Shown here one piece after another: positions 9,840 through 26,825 of a DNA stretch of 64,000 bases. The position numbers were made by a program, and so were the translations under genes. The DNA is from Candidatus Eiseniibacteriota bacterium (GTDB lineage: Bacteria; Eisenbacteria; RBG-16-71-46), in NCBI GenBank assembly GCA_963725865.1, contig CAVSAC010000012.1, forward strand, positions 896,001 to 960,000, in the 5' to 3' direction. Below the pieces are notes generated by a model that saw nothing but the letters and a program-made list of their open reading frames with translations, was not told the origin of the DNA and made no database searches. The first letter of the stretch is position 1; the number at the start of each line of letters is the position of its first letter.

Positions 9840-11138
9840 ATGGCGAAGCAGCAGCAGTCGGCCGCGGTGGCCGCCGCGGGCCGGCCCGGGCACATCAAGG
9901 ATGCGAGACTGGCGCGCGAGGGCCGCATGCGCATCGAGTGGGCCGACCGGAACATGCCGGTGCTGCGCGCGATCCGCGCGCGGTTCGCGAAGGAGCGGCC
10001 GCTCAAGGGCGTGCGCATCGCGGCCTGCCTGCACGTGACCACCGAGACCGCGAACCTCGCCCGCACGCTGCAGGCCGGCGGCGCCGAGGTCTACCTGTGC
10101 GGCTCCAATCCGCTCAGCACCCAGGACGACGTCGCCGCGGCGCTCGTGCACCACTACGGGATCGCGACGTTCGCCATCAAGGGCGAGGACCACAAGACCT
10201 ACTACTCGCACATCGTGTCGTGCATCGAGGCGCGTCCGCACATCACGATGGACGACGGCTGCGACCTCGTCACGGTGCTCCACACCAAGAAGAAGAACTA
10301 CCTGCGCGACGTGTTCGCCGGCACCGAGGAGACCTCGACCGGCGTGACCCGCCTGCGCGCGATGGCGGCGAGCAAGGTGCTGCGCTACCCGGTGATCGCG
10401 ATCAACGACGCCGACACCAAGCACCTGTTCGACAACCGGTACGGGACCGGCCAGAGCACGATGGATGGCGTGGTGCGCTCGACCAACATGCTGATCGCGG
10501 GCTCCACCGTGGTGATCGCCGGCTACGGCTGGTGTGGCCGCGGACTCGCCGCCCGCGCCAAGGGCATGGGCGCCACCGTGCTGGTCACCGAGATCAACCC
10601 GGTGCGGGCGCTGGAGGCCCAGATGGACGGCTACGAATCCGTCTCGATGGCCGCGGCCGCCCCGCGCGGCGACCTGTTCATCACCGTGACCGGCAACAAG
10701 TCGGTGCTGCGGCGCGAGCACTTCGCGGCCATGAAGGACGGGGCGATCATCGCGAACAGCGGTCACTTCAACGTCGAGATCGACATCCCGGCGCTCGAGC
10801 GCATGTCGACCCGCCGGCGCACGGTGCGCGCGTTCGTCGAGGAGTTCTCGCTCAAGGGCGGCAAGAAGCTGATGCTGCTCGGCGAGGGCCGGCTCATCAA
10901 CCTCGCGGCCGCCGAAGGCCACCCCGCGATGGTGATGGACATGTCGTTCGCGAACCAGTCGCTCAGCGTCGAGTACCTGGCCAAGAAGGCCCGGACGCTC
11001 AAGAAGGACGTCTTCGTGGTGCCGGAGGCGATCGACAAGGAGGTCGCGCGGCTCAAGCTCCGGAGCATGGACATCGCGATCGACACCCTGACGCCGGGGC
11101 AGGCGAAGTACCTCGCGAGCTGGAGCGAGGGCACGTAG
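9840..11138 (+). CDS. ahcY: Adenosylhomocysteinase
   Basis: CLHVTTETA, SNPLSTQDDVA, KHLFDNRYGTGQS, GYGWCGRG and GHPAMVMDMSF motifs; GAGGAG RBS. Confidence 0.97.
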   Translation: MAKQQQSAAVAAAGRPGHIKDARLAREGRMRIEWADRNMPVLRAIRARFAKERPLKGVRIAACLHVTTETANLARTLQAGGAEVYLCGSNPLSTQDDVAAALVHHYGIATFAIKGEDHKTYYSHIVSCIEARPHITMDDGCDLVTVLHTKKKNYLRDVFAGTEETSTGVTRLRAMAASKVLRYPVIAINDADTKHLFDNRYGTGQSTMDGVVRSTNMLIAGSTVVIAGYGWCGRGLAARAKGMGATVLVTEINPVRALEAQMDGYESVSMAAAAPRGDLFITVTGNKSVLRREHFAAMKDGAIIANSGHFNVEIDIPALERMSTRRRTVRAFVEEFSLKGGKKLMLLGEGRLINLAAAEGHPAMVMDMSFANQSLSVEYLAKKARTLKKDVFVVPEAIDKEVARLKLRSMDIAIDTLTPGQAKYLASWSEGT

Positions 11139-11168
11139 GCCTCACCCGTCCGCGAGTGGCGCAACGCA

Positions 11169-11198
11169 CACGGCCCCGGTCGAGCGACCGGGGCCGTG
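11169..11198. terminator. Perfect 13-bp stem hairpin, probable bidirectional terminator
   Basis: CACGGCCCCGGTC-gagc-GACCGGGGCCGTG between convergent ahcY and the histidine kinase gene. Confidence 0.65.
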
Positions 11199-11223
11199 GC
11201 GCGGGGGATCGCAGCGGCACGGG

Positions 11224-12780
11224 TCAGTGACCATCCTCGCGCGGCAGGTACAGGTCCAGCCGGGTACCGGTGCCCGGCGCGCTGTCGAGGGTGAGGAATC
11301 CCCGACTGCGCTCGATGAAGCCGCGGACCGTCACGAGGCCGAGCCCGCTGCCGCGATGCTGCGACTTGGTCGTGAAGAACGGCTCGAACGCGCGCCGCCG
11401 CGTGTCGGTGTCCATGCCGCACCCGTCGTCCTCCACGGTGACCCGCGCGAACGAACCGGGCCGCGCGCCGGTGAGTGCGCGGGCCTCGGTCCGGCCGAGC
11501 GCGACCGGGGCCGTCGCGATGCGGACGTGGCCGCCGCGCTCGAGCGCGTCCCGCGCGTTGATCGCGAGGTTCATGATCGCCTGCTCCAGGCCAGCGGGGT
11601 CCGCCTGCACGCGCATCCCGCCGAGCGCCAGCTCGAGGTCCAGGTGCACCTGCGGACCGAGCAGCTGCTCGAGCAGTGGGCGCTTGCCACCGAGGAACGC
11701 GTCCACGTCGAGCGACACGGGCGCGAGCAGCGGAGCCGGCAGCGGCGCGCGCAGCGGCCGCAGCAGCCGGGTCGCGCGTTCCACCGCGTCGTGGATCGAC
11801 TCCAGGTGCGCGCGCGACGGGTCGTGCGAGGCCACCCCGGCGGCGAGCAGCTCCGCGTAACCCTGGATGGTGTACAGCATGTTGATGAGGTCGTGGGCGG
11901 CGGTGGCGGCGGGCGCGGCGCCGCCGGTGGACGGTGGGCGGGCCGCGCCCGTGCTGCTCGCCAGCGGGCTCAGCAGCAGCAGCAATGCGCGGCCGGTCCC
12001 GGCGTCGGCGCCCGGCATGCGCTGGGCTCGCAGCATCAGCTCCGCGTCGGTCCCGTCCGGCCGGCGGACCCGAACCGGGGTCTCGACGAACGACCACGTG
12101 CGCCACCGCGCGAGTCGCAGCGGATGGGTGTCGTCGTCGAACGGGCGGCCGTCGATCCGGCGCAGCTCGGGCAGCGCACGGTGCGCTTCGAATCCGACGC
12201 GTTCGGCCGCGCGGCACGCCAGGAGCCGCTCGGCGGCCGGGTTGAGCGAGCGCACGATCCCCTCGCGATCGACCACCACCACCCCCTGCGCGCTCGCCTG
12301 CACGAGCAGGGTGAAGCGGCCCTCGCTCGCGCGCAGGGCGCGGCGCGTCGAGGTGGTCTCGAGCGCGTGACGGAACACCTCTTCGACCAGGTCCTTGGGC
12401 GGTCGCACCGGCAGTCCCTGGGAACCGGCACCCCGCGCGCCGGTGGCGCCGGGGTCGGAGTCCGCGGGAAGCACCACGATCGGTGGGTGGTTCTCGGCGC
12501 GCGAGGCCGCGGTCACCAGCCGTCCGATCGCCTGGGGGTCGAGTCGCCCGGCGAGCACCAGGACGTCGTGCACGCCCTCGGCCAGCACCATCGGGACATG
12601 GTCGAGATCCTCGATGTGGTCCACGGCAAGCACCGTGCCCGCGGGTTCGCCGAGCAGGTCGCGCAGGGCGTCGTGGGGCACTCCCGAGGTCGACACCACG
12701 AGCACGTGTCGCGACGGGCGAGGCAGCGTCTCGTCGCCGAGGAATCCGGGCTCGAGCGACCGGCCGGGCTGGGCGCTCAT
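11224..12780 (-). CDS. PAS-domain sensor histidine kinase with N-terminal pseudo-receiver
   Basis: H-box AHDLINML, N-box NLAINARDA, DDGCGM, FEPFFTTK, GSGLGL; PAS (VVVDREG...NPAAERL). Confidence 0.85.
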   Translation of the reverse strand: MSAQPGRSLEPGFLGDETLPRPSRHVLVVSTSGVPHDALRDLLGEPAGTVLAVDHIEDLDHVPMVLAEGVHDVLVLAGRLDPQAIGRLVTAASRAENHPPIVVLPADSDPGATGARGAGSQGLPVRPPKDLVEEVFRHALETTSTRRALRASEGRFTLLVQASAQGVVVVDREGIVRSLNPAAERLLACRAAERVGFEAHRALPELRRIDGRPFDDDTHPLRLARWRTWSFVETPVRVRRPDGTDAELMLRAQRMPGADAGTGRALLLLLSPLASSTGAARPPSTGGAAPAATAAHDLINMLYTIQGYAELLAAGVASHDPSRAHLESIHDAVERATRLLRPLRAPLPAPLLAPVSLDVDAFLGGKRPLLEQLLGPQVHLDLELALGGMRVQADPAGLEQAIMNLAINARDALERGGHVRIATAPVALGRTEARALTGARPGSFARVTVEDDGCGMDTDTRRRAFEPFFTTKSQHRGSGLGLVTVRGFIERSRGFLTLDSAPGTGTRLDLYLPREDGH

Positions 12781-13322
12781 GCGGCACCTTCGGCGCGCCG
12801 GGACGCGAGCTCCACGCGCAATTTGTCGAGGGCGTCGAACAGCGGCGCGGAGAATCGGCCGGTGTCCACCGCGCGCAACAGGCCTTCGGGGGCGCCGGTG
12901 ATGAGCCGGCCCGCCCAGCCCTCGGCCGCCTCGGTGCCCGCGTTCGCGGGCAACTGCTGCACGAACGCGAGCAGCAGCCGCTGAACGGAGGCCGAGAGAA
13001 CGTCGATTCGGTCGAGGAACAGCGTGCCGCGCTCGGCGGCTCGCCAGGCGAGCGGGACGGCCTCTCCGAGGCCGCCCGTGAGCCAGTCCGCGAGCGCGCC
13101 CCGCAGCGCGCCCTCCTCGCGAGCCCCGTCCACCACCACCAGCAGTCCGCGGCGCAGCGGGCTCTGGAGATGGAACGTGTCCGCGATGCGGACACGCTCC
13201 TGGCAGGTCCCGCCCAGCACCATCAGCGGCGCGGAGGTGTGGCGGTAGCGCCTGAGCAGCCAGTCGGGGATCACCGCCAGCGTGCGCGAGTCACCCCTGG
13301 ACGAGCGCGCAGGAAGACTCAC
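12777..13322 (-). CDS. Stand-alone degenerate sigma-54 activator AAA+ domain protein
   Basis: AAERGTLFLDRIDVLS...VQRLLL and GRFSAPLFDAL resemble the bEBP core; Walker A and GAFTGA are lost; GTGA and ATGA overlaps at both ends. Confidence 0.7.
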   Translation of the reverse strand: MSLPARSSRGDSRTLAVIPDWLLRRYRHTSAPLMVLGGTCQERVRIADTFHLQSPLRRGLLVVVDGAREEGALRGALADWLTGGLGEAVPLAWRAAERGTLFLDRIDVLSASVQRLLLAFVQQLPANAGTEAAEGWAGRLITGAPEGLLRAVDTGRFSAPLFDALDKLRVELASRRAEGAA

Positions 13323-13636
13323 CGGGTCACCCGACGAGTCGGCACCGCGAGCATCGGATCGGCGATCGCCGCGCGGGGCGAGGCTGGCGCGCGGCCGACC
13401 GCGAGCACGGACAGTCGGCCGAAGCGGCTCGCCAGCACCACCTGTGCGGTCTGCAGGGCCAGGCGGAATCCGCCGAACGTGGGCACCGCAGGGGTGCCGA
13501 GATCGGGTGGCGTCGACTGGTAGATCCCGCACCCGACGGGGATCCAGCCGCCCGACTGCTGGGCGTGCGCGGACCCGGCGATGCCGAACGAGAGGGTGAC
13601 GAGGCTGGCGACCAGGACGATTGCGGCGAGACGCAT
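13319..13636 (-). CDS. Small secreted hypothetical protein (105 aa)
   Basis: AAGGAG RBS; signal peptide MRLAAIVLVASLVTLSFGIAGSAHA; its stop overlaps the next start. Confidence 0.7.
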   Translation of the reverse strand: MRLAAIVLVASLVTLSFGIAGSAHAQQSGGWIPVGCGIYQSTPPDLGTPAVPTFGGFRLALQTAQVVLASRFGRLSVLAVGRAPASPRAAIADPMLAVPTRRVTR

Positions 13637-13691
13637 GGAGGATCTCCTTGCCTGAGGGGTTCCGGCTGAAACTCGGACGTCTCCAGCAATG

Positions 13692-13706
13692 GCGATTCCC
13701 GTGCCA
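13692..13706 (-). promoter_or_regulatory. Sigma-54 (-24/-12) promoter
   Basis: Minus strand TGGCAC-GGGAA-TCGC versus consensus TGGCAC-N5-TTGC, with exact GG/GC spacing; about 55 nt upstream of the 13636 ATG. Confidence 0.7.
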
Positions 13707-13807
13707 CTTCGCGAGCGGCCATGCGCGGAAGTTCTACGATGCTCTGCGACAGAAGGTTGGAGAGTGGACCTCACGCAGATGGTGACCCGGCGAGGGCGGG
13801 GGCGAAT

Positions 13808-13912
13808 CCGCTGATTCCGGCGGGTTCATTTCCAGCCCGGCCGCGGACGGCCTAGCAGGTCAGCGGCTTCCGCCGAGTCCGTCGAAATCGGCGGCCCCGC
13901 TGGAATCGGCGG
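13808..13912. repeat. Three imperfect 16-bp dyads (candidate enhancer/UAS sites)
   Basis: CCGCTGATTCCGGCGG (13808-13823), CCGTCGAAATCGGCGG (13879-13894), CCGCTGGAATCGGCGG (13897-13912); consensus CCGYYG-N4-CGGCGG. Confidence 0.55.
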
Positions 13913-13940
13913 CAGCCATCTCCATCCCGCGGTCTGGCGC

Positions 13941-19025
<5,085 letters not shown>

Positions 19026-19181
19026 GTCATCACCTCCGGGCACTGCGATCGCTGTGGGGGGGGGAGTGGGAACCCGGGCGAGGACCGCGGCCATCTTCGC
19101 ACACCGCCGCGGGGGGTGGTCCAGCCTTCCGCGCGACGGCGCGCCTGGACGCCGCGCGGCCCGCACGCGTAGCCTCCCGCC

Positions 19182-20345
19182 ATGTTCTCGCATCGCGTTC
19201 CCGATGGCTCCGCGCCGAACGCCTGGTCGCGCCGGCTCGCCGAGCGCCGCGCCGCCGGGGCGGCGCTGCTCGACCTCAGCGAGGCCAATCCCACCGCGGT
19301 GGGGCTCGGCGGCGCGGCCGCGGTGGAGCTGGCGGCGCTCGCCGACCCGCGCGGGCTCGAGTACCGGCCCGACCCCCAGGGGAGTCCGTCCGCCCGCGCG
19401 GCGGTGGCCGCCTACCTGGCCGCACGCGGACCTCATGCGTCGCCCGAGACGCTCGTGCTCACCTCCAGCACCAGCGAGGGTTACGCGCACCTGTTCCGGC
19501 TGCTGGCCGAGCCCGGCGAGCGGATCCTGGTGCCGGCGCCGTCGTATCCCCTGTTCGAGCCGCTGGCGCTCGCCGAGGGCGTCGAGCTCCATCCCTATCG
19601 CATCGCCTGGGACGGCCGCTGGCACATCGATCCGGGCGCGCTGGAGCGCGCCGCCGCGGACCCCCGCGCGCGCGCCGTGATCGTGGTGCAGCCGAACCAT
19701 CCCACCGGGTCGTGCCTGTCGGCGGAGGAGCGCGAGTGGCTGGTCGGGATCGCCGCGCGCCAGCAGCTCGCGCTGATCGCCGACGAGGTGTTCGGCGATT
19801 ATCCGTGGGGGAGCGCGCCGCTGCCGAGCCTGGTGGGGGAGGCACGGGTCCCGACGTTCGTGATGAGCGGGCTCTCCAAGGTCTGCGGCATGCCGCAGAT
19901 GAAGCTCGCGTGGATCGCGGTGAGCGGCCCGGAGCCCGCGCGCGAGCGTGCGCTCCAGGGGCTCGTGTGGCTGGCCGACCTGTTCCTGTCGGTGAGCGGT
20001 CCGGTGCAGCACGCGCTCCCGCAGCTGCTCGCCGCGCGCCCCGCGTTCCAGGCGCGGGTGCGCGAGCGCATCGCCCTCAACCGCGCGGCGCTCGGCGCCA
20101 CGCTCGCGCGGCGGCCGGCGCTCTCGTGGCTCGCCGGCGAGGGCGGCTGGGTGGCGGTGCTGCGGCTGCCGGCCACCCGCACCGAGGAGGAGTGGGTGCT
20201 CGCGCTGCTCGCGCACGAGGTGGTCGTCCACCCGGGACACTTCTACGACCTCGAGGGCGAGCCCTTCATCGTGGTGAGCCTGATCGTCCCGCCCGCCACG
20301 TTCGCGGCCGGACTCGCGCGGCTCGAGGCGCTGCTGCCGGACTGA
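19182..20345 (+). CDS. PLP-dependent aminotransferase class I/II
   Basis: PAPSYPLF, PNHPTG, ADEVF and GLSKVCGMPQMKLAW motifs. Confidence 0.9.
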   Translation: MFSHRVPDGSAPNAWSRRLAERRAAGAALLDLSEANPTAVGLGGAAAVELAALADPRGLEYRPDPQGSPSARAAVAAYLAARGPHASPETLVLTSSTSEGYAHLFRLLAEPGERILVPAPSYPLFEPLALAEGVELHPYRIAWDGRWHIDPGALERAAADPRARAVIVVQPNHPTGSCLSAEEREWLVGIAARQQLALIADEVFGDYPWGSAPLPSLVGEARVPTFVMSGLSKVCGMPQMKLAWIAVSGPEPARERALQGLVWLADLFLSVSGPVQHALPQLLAARPAFQARVRERIALNRAALGATLARRPALSWLAGEGGWVAVLRLPATRTEEEWVLALLAHEVVVHPGHFYDLEGEPFIVVSLIVPPATFAAGLARLEALLPD

Positions 20346-20360
20346 ACCGCCGCCGTCGCC

Positions 20361-20594
20361 TCAGCGGCGCCGGCTGCGGCGGGCGGTCGTGGCGCTCGCC
20401 CGTCGTGCGGCGCGCCGGGCGGGTGCCCCCGCCGCGCGACGTCGCACGCGATCGAGGTGCCGCAGCATCAGGATCTGACCGGAGTGCCCGGCGAAGTGCT
20501 CGACCAGGTGGTGGAGCACCCAGCGCGCGTCGTACTCCTGCACCCGGCCGTCCCAGCGCTTCCGCCGCGCCCGCCGCGTGAGGTCCTCGAGCAT
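20361..20594 (-). pseudogene. C-terminal fragment of a DinB/DUF664-family protein
   Basis: RWVLHHLVEHFAGHSGQILMLR matches the DinB C-terminal helix; there is no room for the N-terminal half before the upstream stop at 20626. Confidence 0.55.
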
Positions 20595-20625
20595 CGCGAC
20601 GGACAGCGCCGCTCCGCGGCCCGGC

Positions 20626-22191
20626 TCAGGGCTGCGCCTGCGGTTTCATGGTGAGTGGATCGCGCAGCGGCAGCCGCCGCGGCTCCCCGCCGGCGAGGCC
20701 CGCCACGCTCACGTCGTGCTTGCCGTCGCCGAGCGCCATCTCCTTCGCGTCGCCGACCACCAGGAACGCGAGCCGCGACGGATCGAGCAGGCGCCTCGCG
20801 ACGCGCTGCACGTCGGCCGCGGTGACCGCCTGGGTGCGGGCGGCGAACTGCGCGTAGTAGCCCGGGTCGCGGGCGTAGCGGCCGGTGAGCTCCTCGGCCG
20901 CCAGCCGTCCGGCGATGGCGCCCGCGGTCTCGAACTGCGTCGGCAGCGATTCCACCATCTTGCTGCGGGCGGTCACGAGCTCGTCCTCGCTCACCAGCGA
21001 GTCGCGCATGCGGCCGATCTCGGCGAGCGCGATCGACACCGCGTAGGCGGTCGATCGCACCTTGGTCTGGAACACGATGCGCAGCGGATCCGGGTAGTAG
21101 GTGCCGCCCTCGAGGCGCGACGAGACCGAGTAGGCGAGGCCCTCGTCGGAGCGGATGCGATTCACCAGCCGCGAGGAGAAGCCGCCGCCGCCGAGGATGT
21201 CGTTCATCACGCGGGCCGCGGCGAAGTCCGGATCGTATCGGTCGAGCGCCCGCAGCCCGATCGAGACCCGCGCCTGGTTGACCTCCTTGTCGACGACGTA
21301 CCAGCCCTGCGCGGCCGGCCCCGCGGGGGTGGCGGGCGCGGTCGGGCGCTCGCCCGGCGTGGGCCAGCCCGCGAACGCGCGCTCGAGCCGCTTCACCATC
21401 GTCGCCCGGTCGAAGTCCCCGCTGACCGCGAGCAGGAAGTTGCGCGGTCCGACGTAGCGGTGGTGAAACGCCTTCAGGTCCTCCGGCGTGATCCCGCTGA
21501 TCGAGGCCTGCGTGGTCCAGCGATTCGTCCAGTGGTCCGCGCCGCGCATCAGCACGCCCCACTCGCGCTCCTCGATCGGGCGGGTGTCGTCGTTGCGCTG
21601 CTTCATGTCCTGCAGCAGTTGGTCCCGTCGCAGCTGCAGCCGGCCGGCGTCGAACGCGGGCGTCTTGAGGCACTCGACCAGCAGGCCGAGCCCCTCGTCG
21701 ATGTCCTTCGCGAGCAGGTTGAGGCTGACGCGCGACTCCGAAGCGGTGATCGGCACTCCGCCGATCCCGAACATCCCGCCGCCGCCGCCGCCGGACTGCG
21801 ACTCGAGCGTGGCGCCGAGGAACGCGACGCGGTCCTCGAGCTGGGCGGGCGTGTGGGCCGCGGTGCCGCCGCGGGTGAGCTCGTACACCATGAGGTCCGC
21901 GAGCCCTTCGCGGCCCTCGGGATCGAGGTCGGGGCCGATGCGCATCAGCACGTGCACCTGCACCAGCGGCTGGCCACGGTCGGGGACGAGGTAGGCGATC
22001 ATCCCGTTCGCGAGCCGTACGCGGTACTCGGACGCCTTCGGCGGCTCGTAGCGCAGCGGCGGGAACGTGAGCTGATCGGGTCGCGCGGGCGGTGCCTGCG
22101 CGCGCGCGGGGGACGCCGGCATCAGCAGCGCGGCGGCGACGACGAAGAGCGCCGCGCGGGTCCCGCGTGGCGAACGATGGATGGCGTGCAT
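20626..22191 (-). CDS. Secreted M16B peptidase, non-catalytic partner subunit
   Basis: Signal peptide; LANGM, ILGGGGFSSRL, IRSDEGLAY; no HxxEH; GGAGG RBS. Confidence 0.85.
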   Translation of the reverse strand: MHAIHRSPRGTRAALFVVAAALLMPASPARAQAPPARPDQLTFPPLRYEPPKASEYRVRLANGMIAYLVPDRGQPLVQVHVLMRIGPDLDPEGREGLADLMVYELTRGGTAAHTPAQLEDRVAFLGATLESQSGGGGGGMFGIGGVPITASESRVSLNLLAKDIDEGLGLLVECLKTPAFDAGRLQLRRDQLLQDMKQRNDDTRPIEEREWGVLMRGADHWTNRWTTQASISGITPEDLKAFHHRYVGPRNFLLAVSGDFDRATMVKRLERAFAGWPTPGERPTAPATPAGPAAQGWYVVDKEVNQARVSIGLRALDRYDPDFAAARVMNDILGGGGFSSRLVNRIRSDEGLAYSVSSRLEGGTYYPDPLRIVFQTKVRSTAYAVSIALAEIGRMRDSLVSEDELVTARSKMVESLPTQFETAGAIAGRLAAEELTGRYARDPGYYAQFAARTQAVTAADVQRVARRLLDPSRLAFLVVGDAKEMALGDGKHDVSVAGLAGGEPRRLPLRDPLTMKPQAQP

Positions 22192-22206
22192 GTCGGGGAC
22201 CTCCGG

Positions 22207-24000
22207 TCACTGCGAGCCGCCGGCGGCGCCGAGCTCGGCGAGCCGCGCCTGCGCCTTCTGGCGGATGTAGTCGAGGGCGGGCTTCAACTCGGCCGGGAGC
22301 TGGCCTCCCATCAGGTCGAGACGGCCGAGGAACTGCTGGACCTGCGCCGGGTCCTTGGCGGCCTGCAGGCGCTGGAGCAGCTGCTTCGCCAGCAACTGGG
22401 CCTCGGGCGGCAGCGCGGCGAGCGCCGGGTCGGCGGGGGCGCCGGCCTTGCGGCTCCACAGCGCGACCGCGCGGTTCTCGCGCTGGAAGTAGGTCCGCGC
22501 CACGCGCTGGACGTCGTCCGCCGTCACCGCCTGCACCGCGGCGTCGAGTCGATCGGCGTCCTGCCAGGTGCCGCGGCCCTCGGCGACGCCGTAGCGGATG
22601 AGCAGCTGGAAGTTCGACGTCAGCTGCCGGTACGTCGAGGTCAAGTAGCGGTTCTTCGCGCTCTGCAGCTCCTCCGCGGCCACCGGCGTCTGCTGGAGCC
22701 GGTCGAGCTCGGCCTCCACCGCGCGCTCCAGCTCCTCGGGCGCGTGGCCCTCGGCGGCCTCCGCGTCGACCTGGAAGAAGCCTTCGTACTTGCGCGGGTC
22801 GTGGCTGCCGCTGGCGCTGGTGGCGATCCGGCTGCCCTGCACCAGCGCGCGCTGCAGCCGCCCGGTCGGGCCGTTGAGCAGCGTCTCCAGCAGGTCGAGT
22901 GCCGGCTCGTCGCGATGCGCGAACGCCACCGTGTGCCACCGCACGGTCACCGCCGGGTTGGTCTCGGCCTCGGCGTAGAAGCGCTTCTCGGCGCGCTGCG
23001 GCGTCTCCATGGTGATCATCTCGGGCGCCGACCGCGCGCCGCGCGGGATCGCTCCGAGGTAGCGCTCGGCGAGGGCCAGCGCCTGCTTGGGATCGAAGTC
23101 CCCGACCAGCAGCGCGGCCAGGTTCTGCGGCGCGTAGTAGAGGGCGTAGTAGTCGTCGGCCTGCGCCTTGGTGATGAACGGCAAGTCGCTCGGCCAGCCG
23201 ACCACCGGCCAGCCGTAGGGGCTCGACTCCCAGAACAGCGCGTCGAACGACTCCTCGAACTTGCCGGTCGGCGTGGACTCGGTCCGCAGGCGCCGCTCCT
23301 CGTACACCACGTCGCGCTCGGAGTAGAACTCGCGGAACACCGGGTTGCGCAGGCGGTCCGCCTCCATCCAGAACCAGAGCTCGAGCTTGTTCGCGGGGAC
23401 CGCCTCGAAGTAGAAGGTTTGGTCCTCGTTCGTGAACGCGTTGATCATCGTCGCCCCGTTGCGCTGGAGGACGTTGTCGAACTCGTTCTTGATCATGTTC
23501 TCGCGTTGTTCCTTCACCAGCGTGTCGAAGCTCTGCTCGAGCTCGCGGTAGCGCGCGGTCTTCGACTCGGGCCGGCTGATGTCGTCGATCTCGCCACGGC
23601 GCAGGCGGGCGCGCTGGGCGGAGAGCTCGGCCCGCATCAGGGTCTGCAGGGACTCCTGGGCGGCGATCAGGCGCAGATCCTGCTCGATGTCGCGGGTGCC
23701 GATGGTGCGCGTCCCCTTGAACATCATGTGCTCGAACAGGTGCGAGATCCCGGTGATGCCGGGGCGCTCGTTCGCGGAGCCGACGTGGGCCACCCAGCCG
23801 CCGGCGACGGTGGGCGAGAGGTGGCGCGGGATCAGCACCAGCTTCATGCCGTTCGAGAGGACGTGCTCCTCGGCGGCGATCGCGGGGCGCGCGGCCGCCG
23901 CCGGTGGACGGGCGGGCGCCGCGTGCACGAGGCACGCGCCCGCGAGGGCGGCTCCGATGGCCAGCGCCGCCCAGGCGGGGCGCGCGGTGCGGAGGCTCAT
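22207..24000 (-). CDS. Secreted M16B zinc peptidase, catalytic subunit
   Basis: Signal peptide; HLFEH, INAFT, ERDVVYEERR; GGAG RBS. Confidence 0.9.
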   Translation of the reverse strand: MSLRTARPAWAALAIGAALAGACLVHAAPARPPAAAARPAIAAEEHVLSNGMKLVLIPRHLSPTVAGGWVAHVGSANERPGITGISHLFEHMMFKGTRTIGTRDIEQDLRLIAAQESLQTLMRAELSAQRARLRRGEIDDISRPESKTARYRELEQSFDTLVKEQRENMIKNEFDNVLQRNGATMINAFTNEDQTFYFEAVPANKLELWFWMEADRLRNPVFREFYSERDVVYEERRLRTESTPTGKFEESFDALFWESSPYGWPVVGWPSDLPFITKAQADDYYALYYAPQNLAALLVGDFDPKQALALAERYLGAIPRGARSAPEMITMETPQRAEKRFYAEAETNPAVTVRWHTVAFAHRDEPALDLLETLLNGPTGRLQRALVQGSRIATSASGSHDPRKYEGFFQVDAEAAEGHAPEELERAVEAELDRLQQTPVAAEELQSAKNRYLTSTYRQLTSNFQLLIRYGVAEGRGTWQDADRLDAAVQAVTADDVQRVARTYFQRENRAVALWSRKAGAPADPALAALPPEAQLLAKQLLQRLQAAKDPAQVQQFLGRLDLMGGQLPAELKPALDYIRQKAQARLAELGAAGGSQ

Positions 24001-24143
24001 GAGGTTCTCCTGGAGGTGGGCGGGACGAGTCGACCGGGAGGTCCGGGTCACACGGACGAGGAGCCAAGCGGAAGTGCGCGCGCGCGTCAAGGCGACGCCC
24101 CGCCGGCGGACTGGCGGGGCGTCGGGACCGCGGCGGGGCGCGG

Positions 24144-26549
<2,406 letters not shown>

Positions 26550-26825
26550 CGGCTGCTCCTCAATGTGCGTGATGGCTTCCGGCGCTTGGCACCGAAGGAC
26601 CTGCCGGCAGGGCAGCCGCAAGATGCTCAGTGGGATGCGGCCCGGCCGACGAGGGAAGAACTCCACGGCCGGTGGGCCCGACCGTGAAGGACGCGGGAGG
26701 ATAGCCGAGTCCGGAACGATCGTTCAAGAGGTTTCATGCCGCTTTCACGGTGTGGCGCGGTGGGTTGCAGCGCCGTGGCCCGACCCCCAGGATGGCGCCG
26801 TCCACCCCATCGGAGGAACTCCGCC

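Noticed and set aside
19026..20240. N-terminal extension making the activator 2,099 aa
   Set aside because: It is antisense to the aminotransferase; an RBS-supported GTG lies at 19025.
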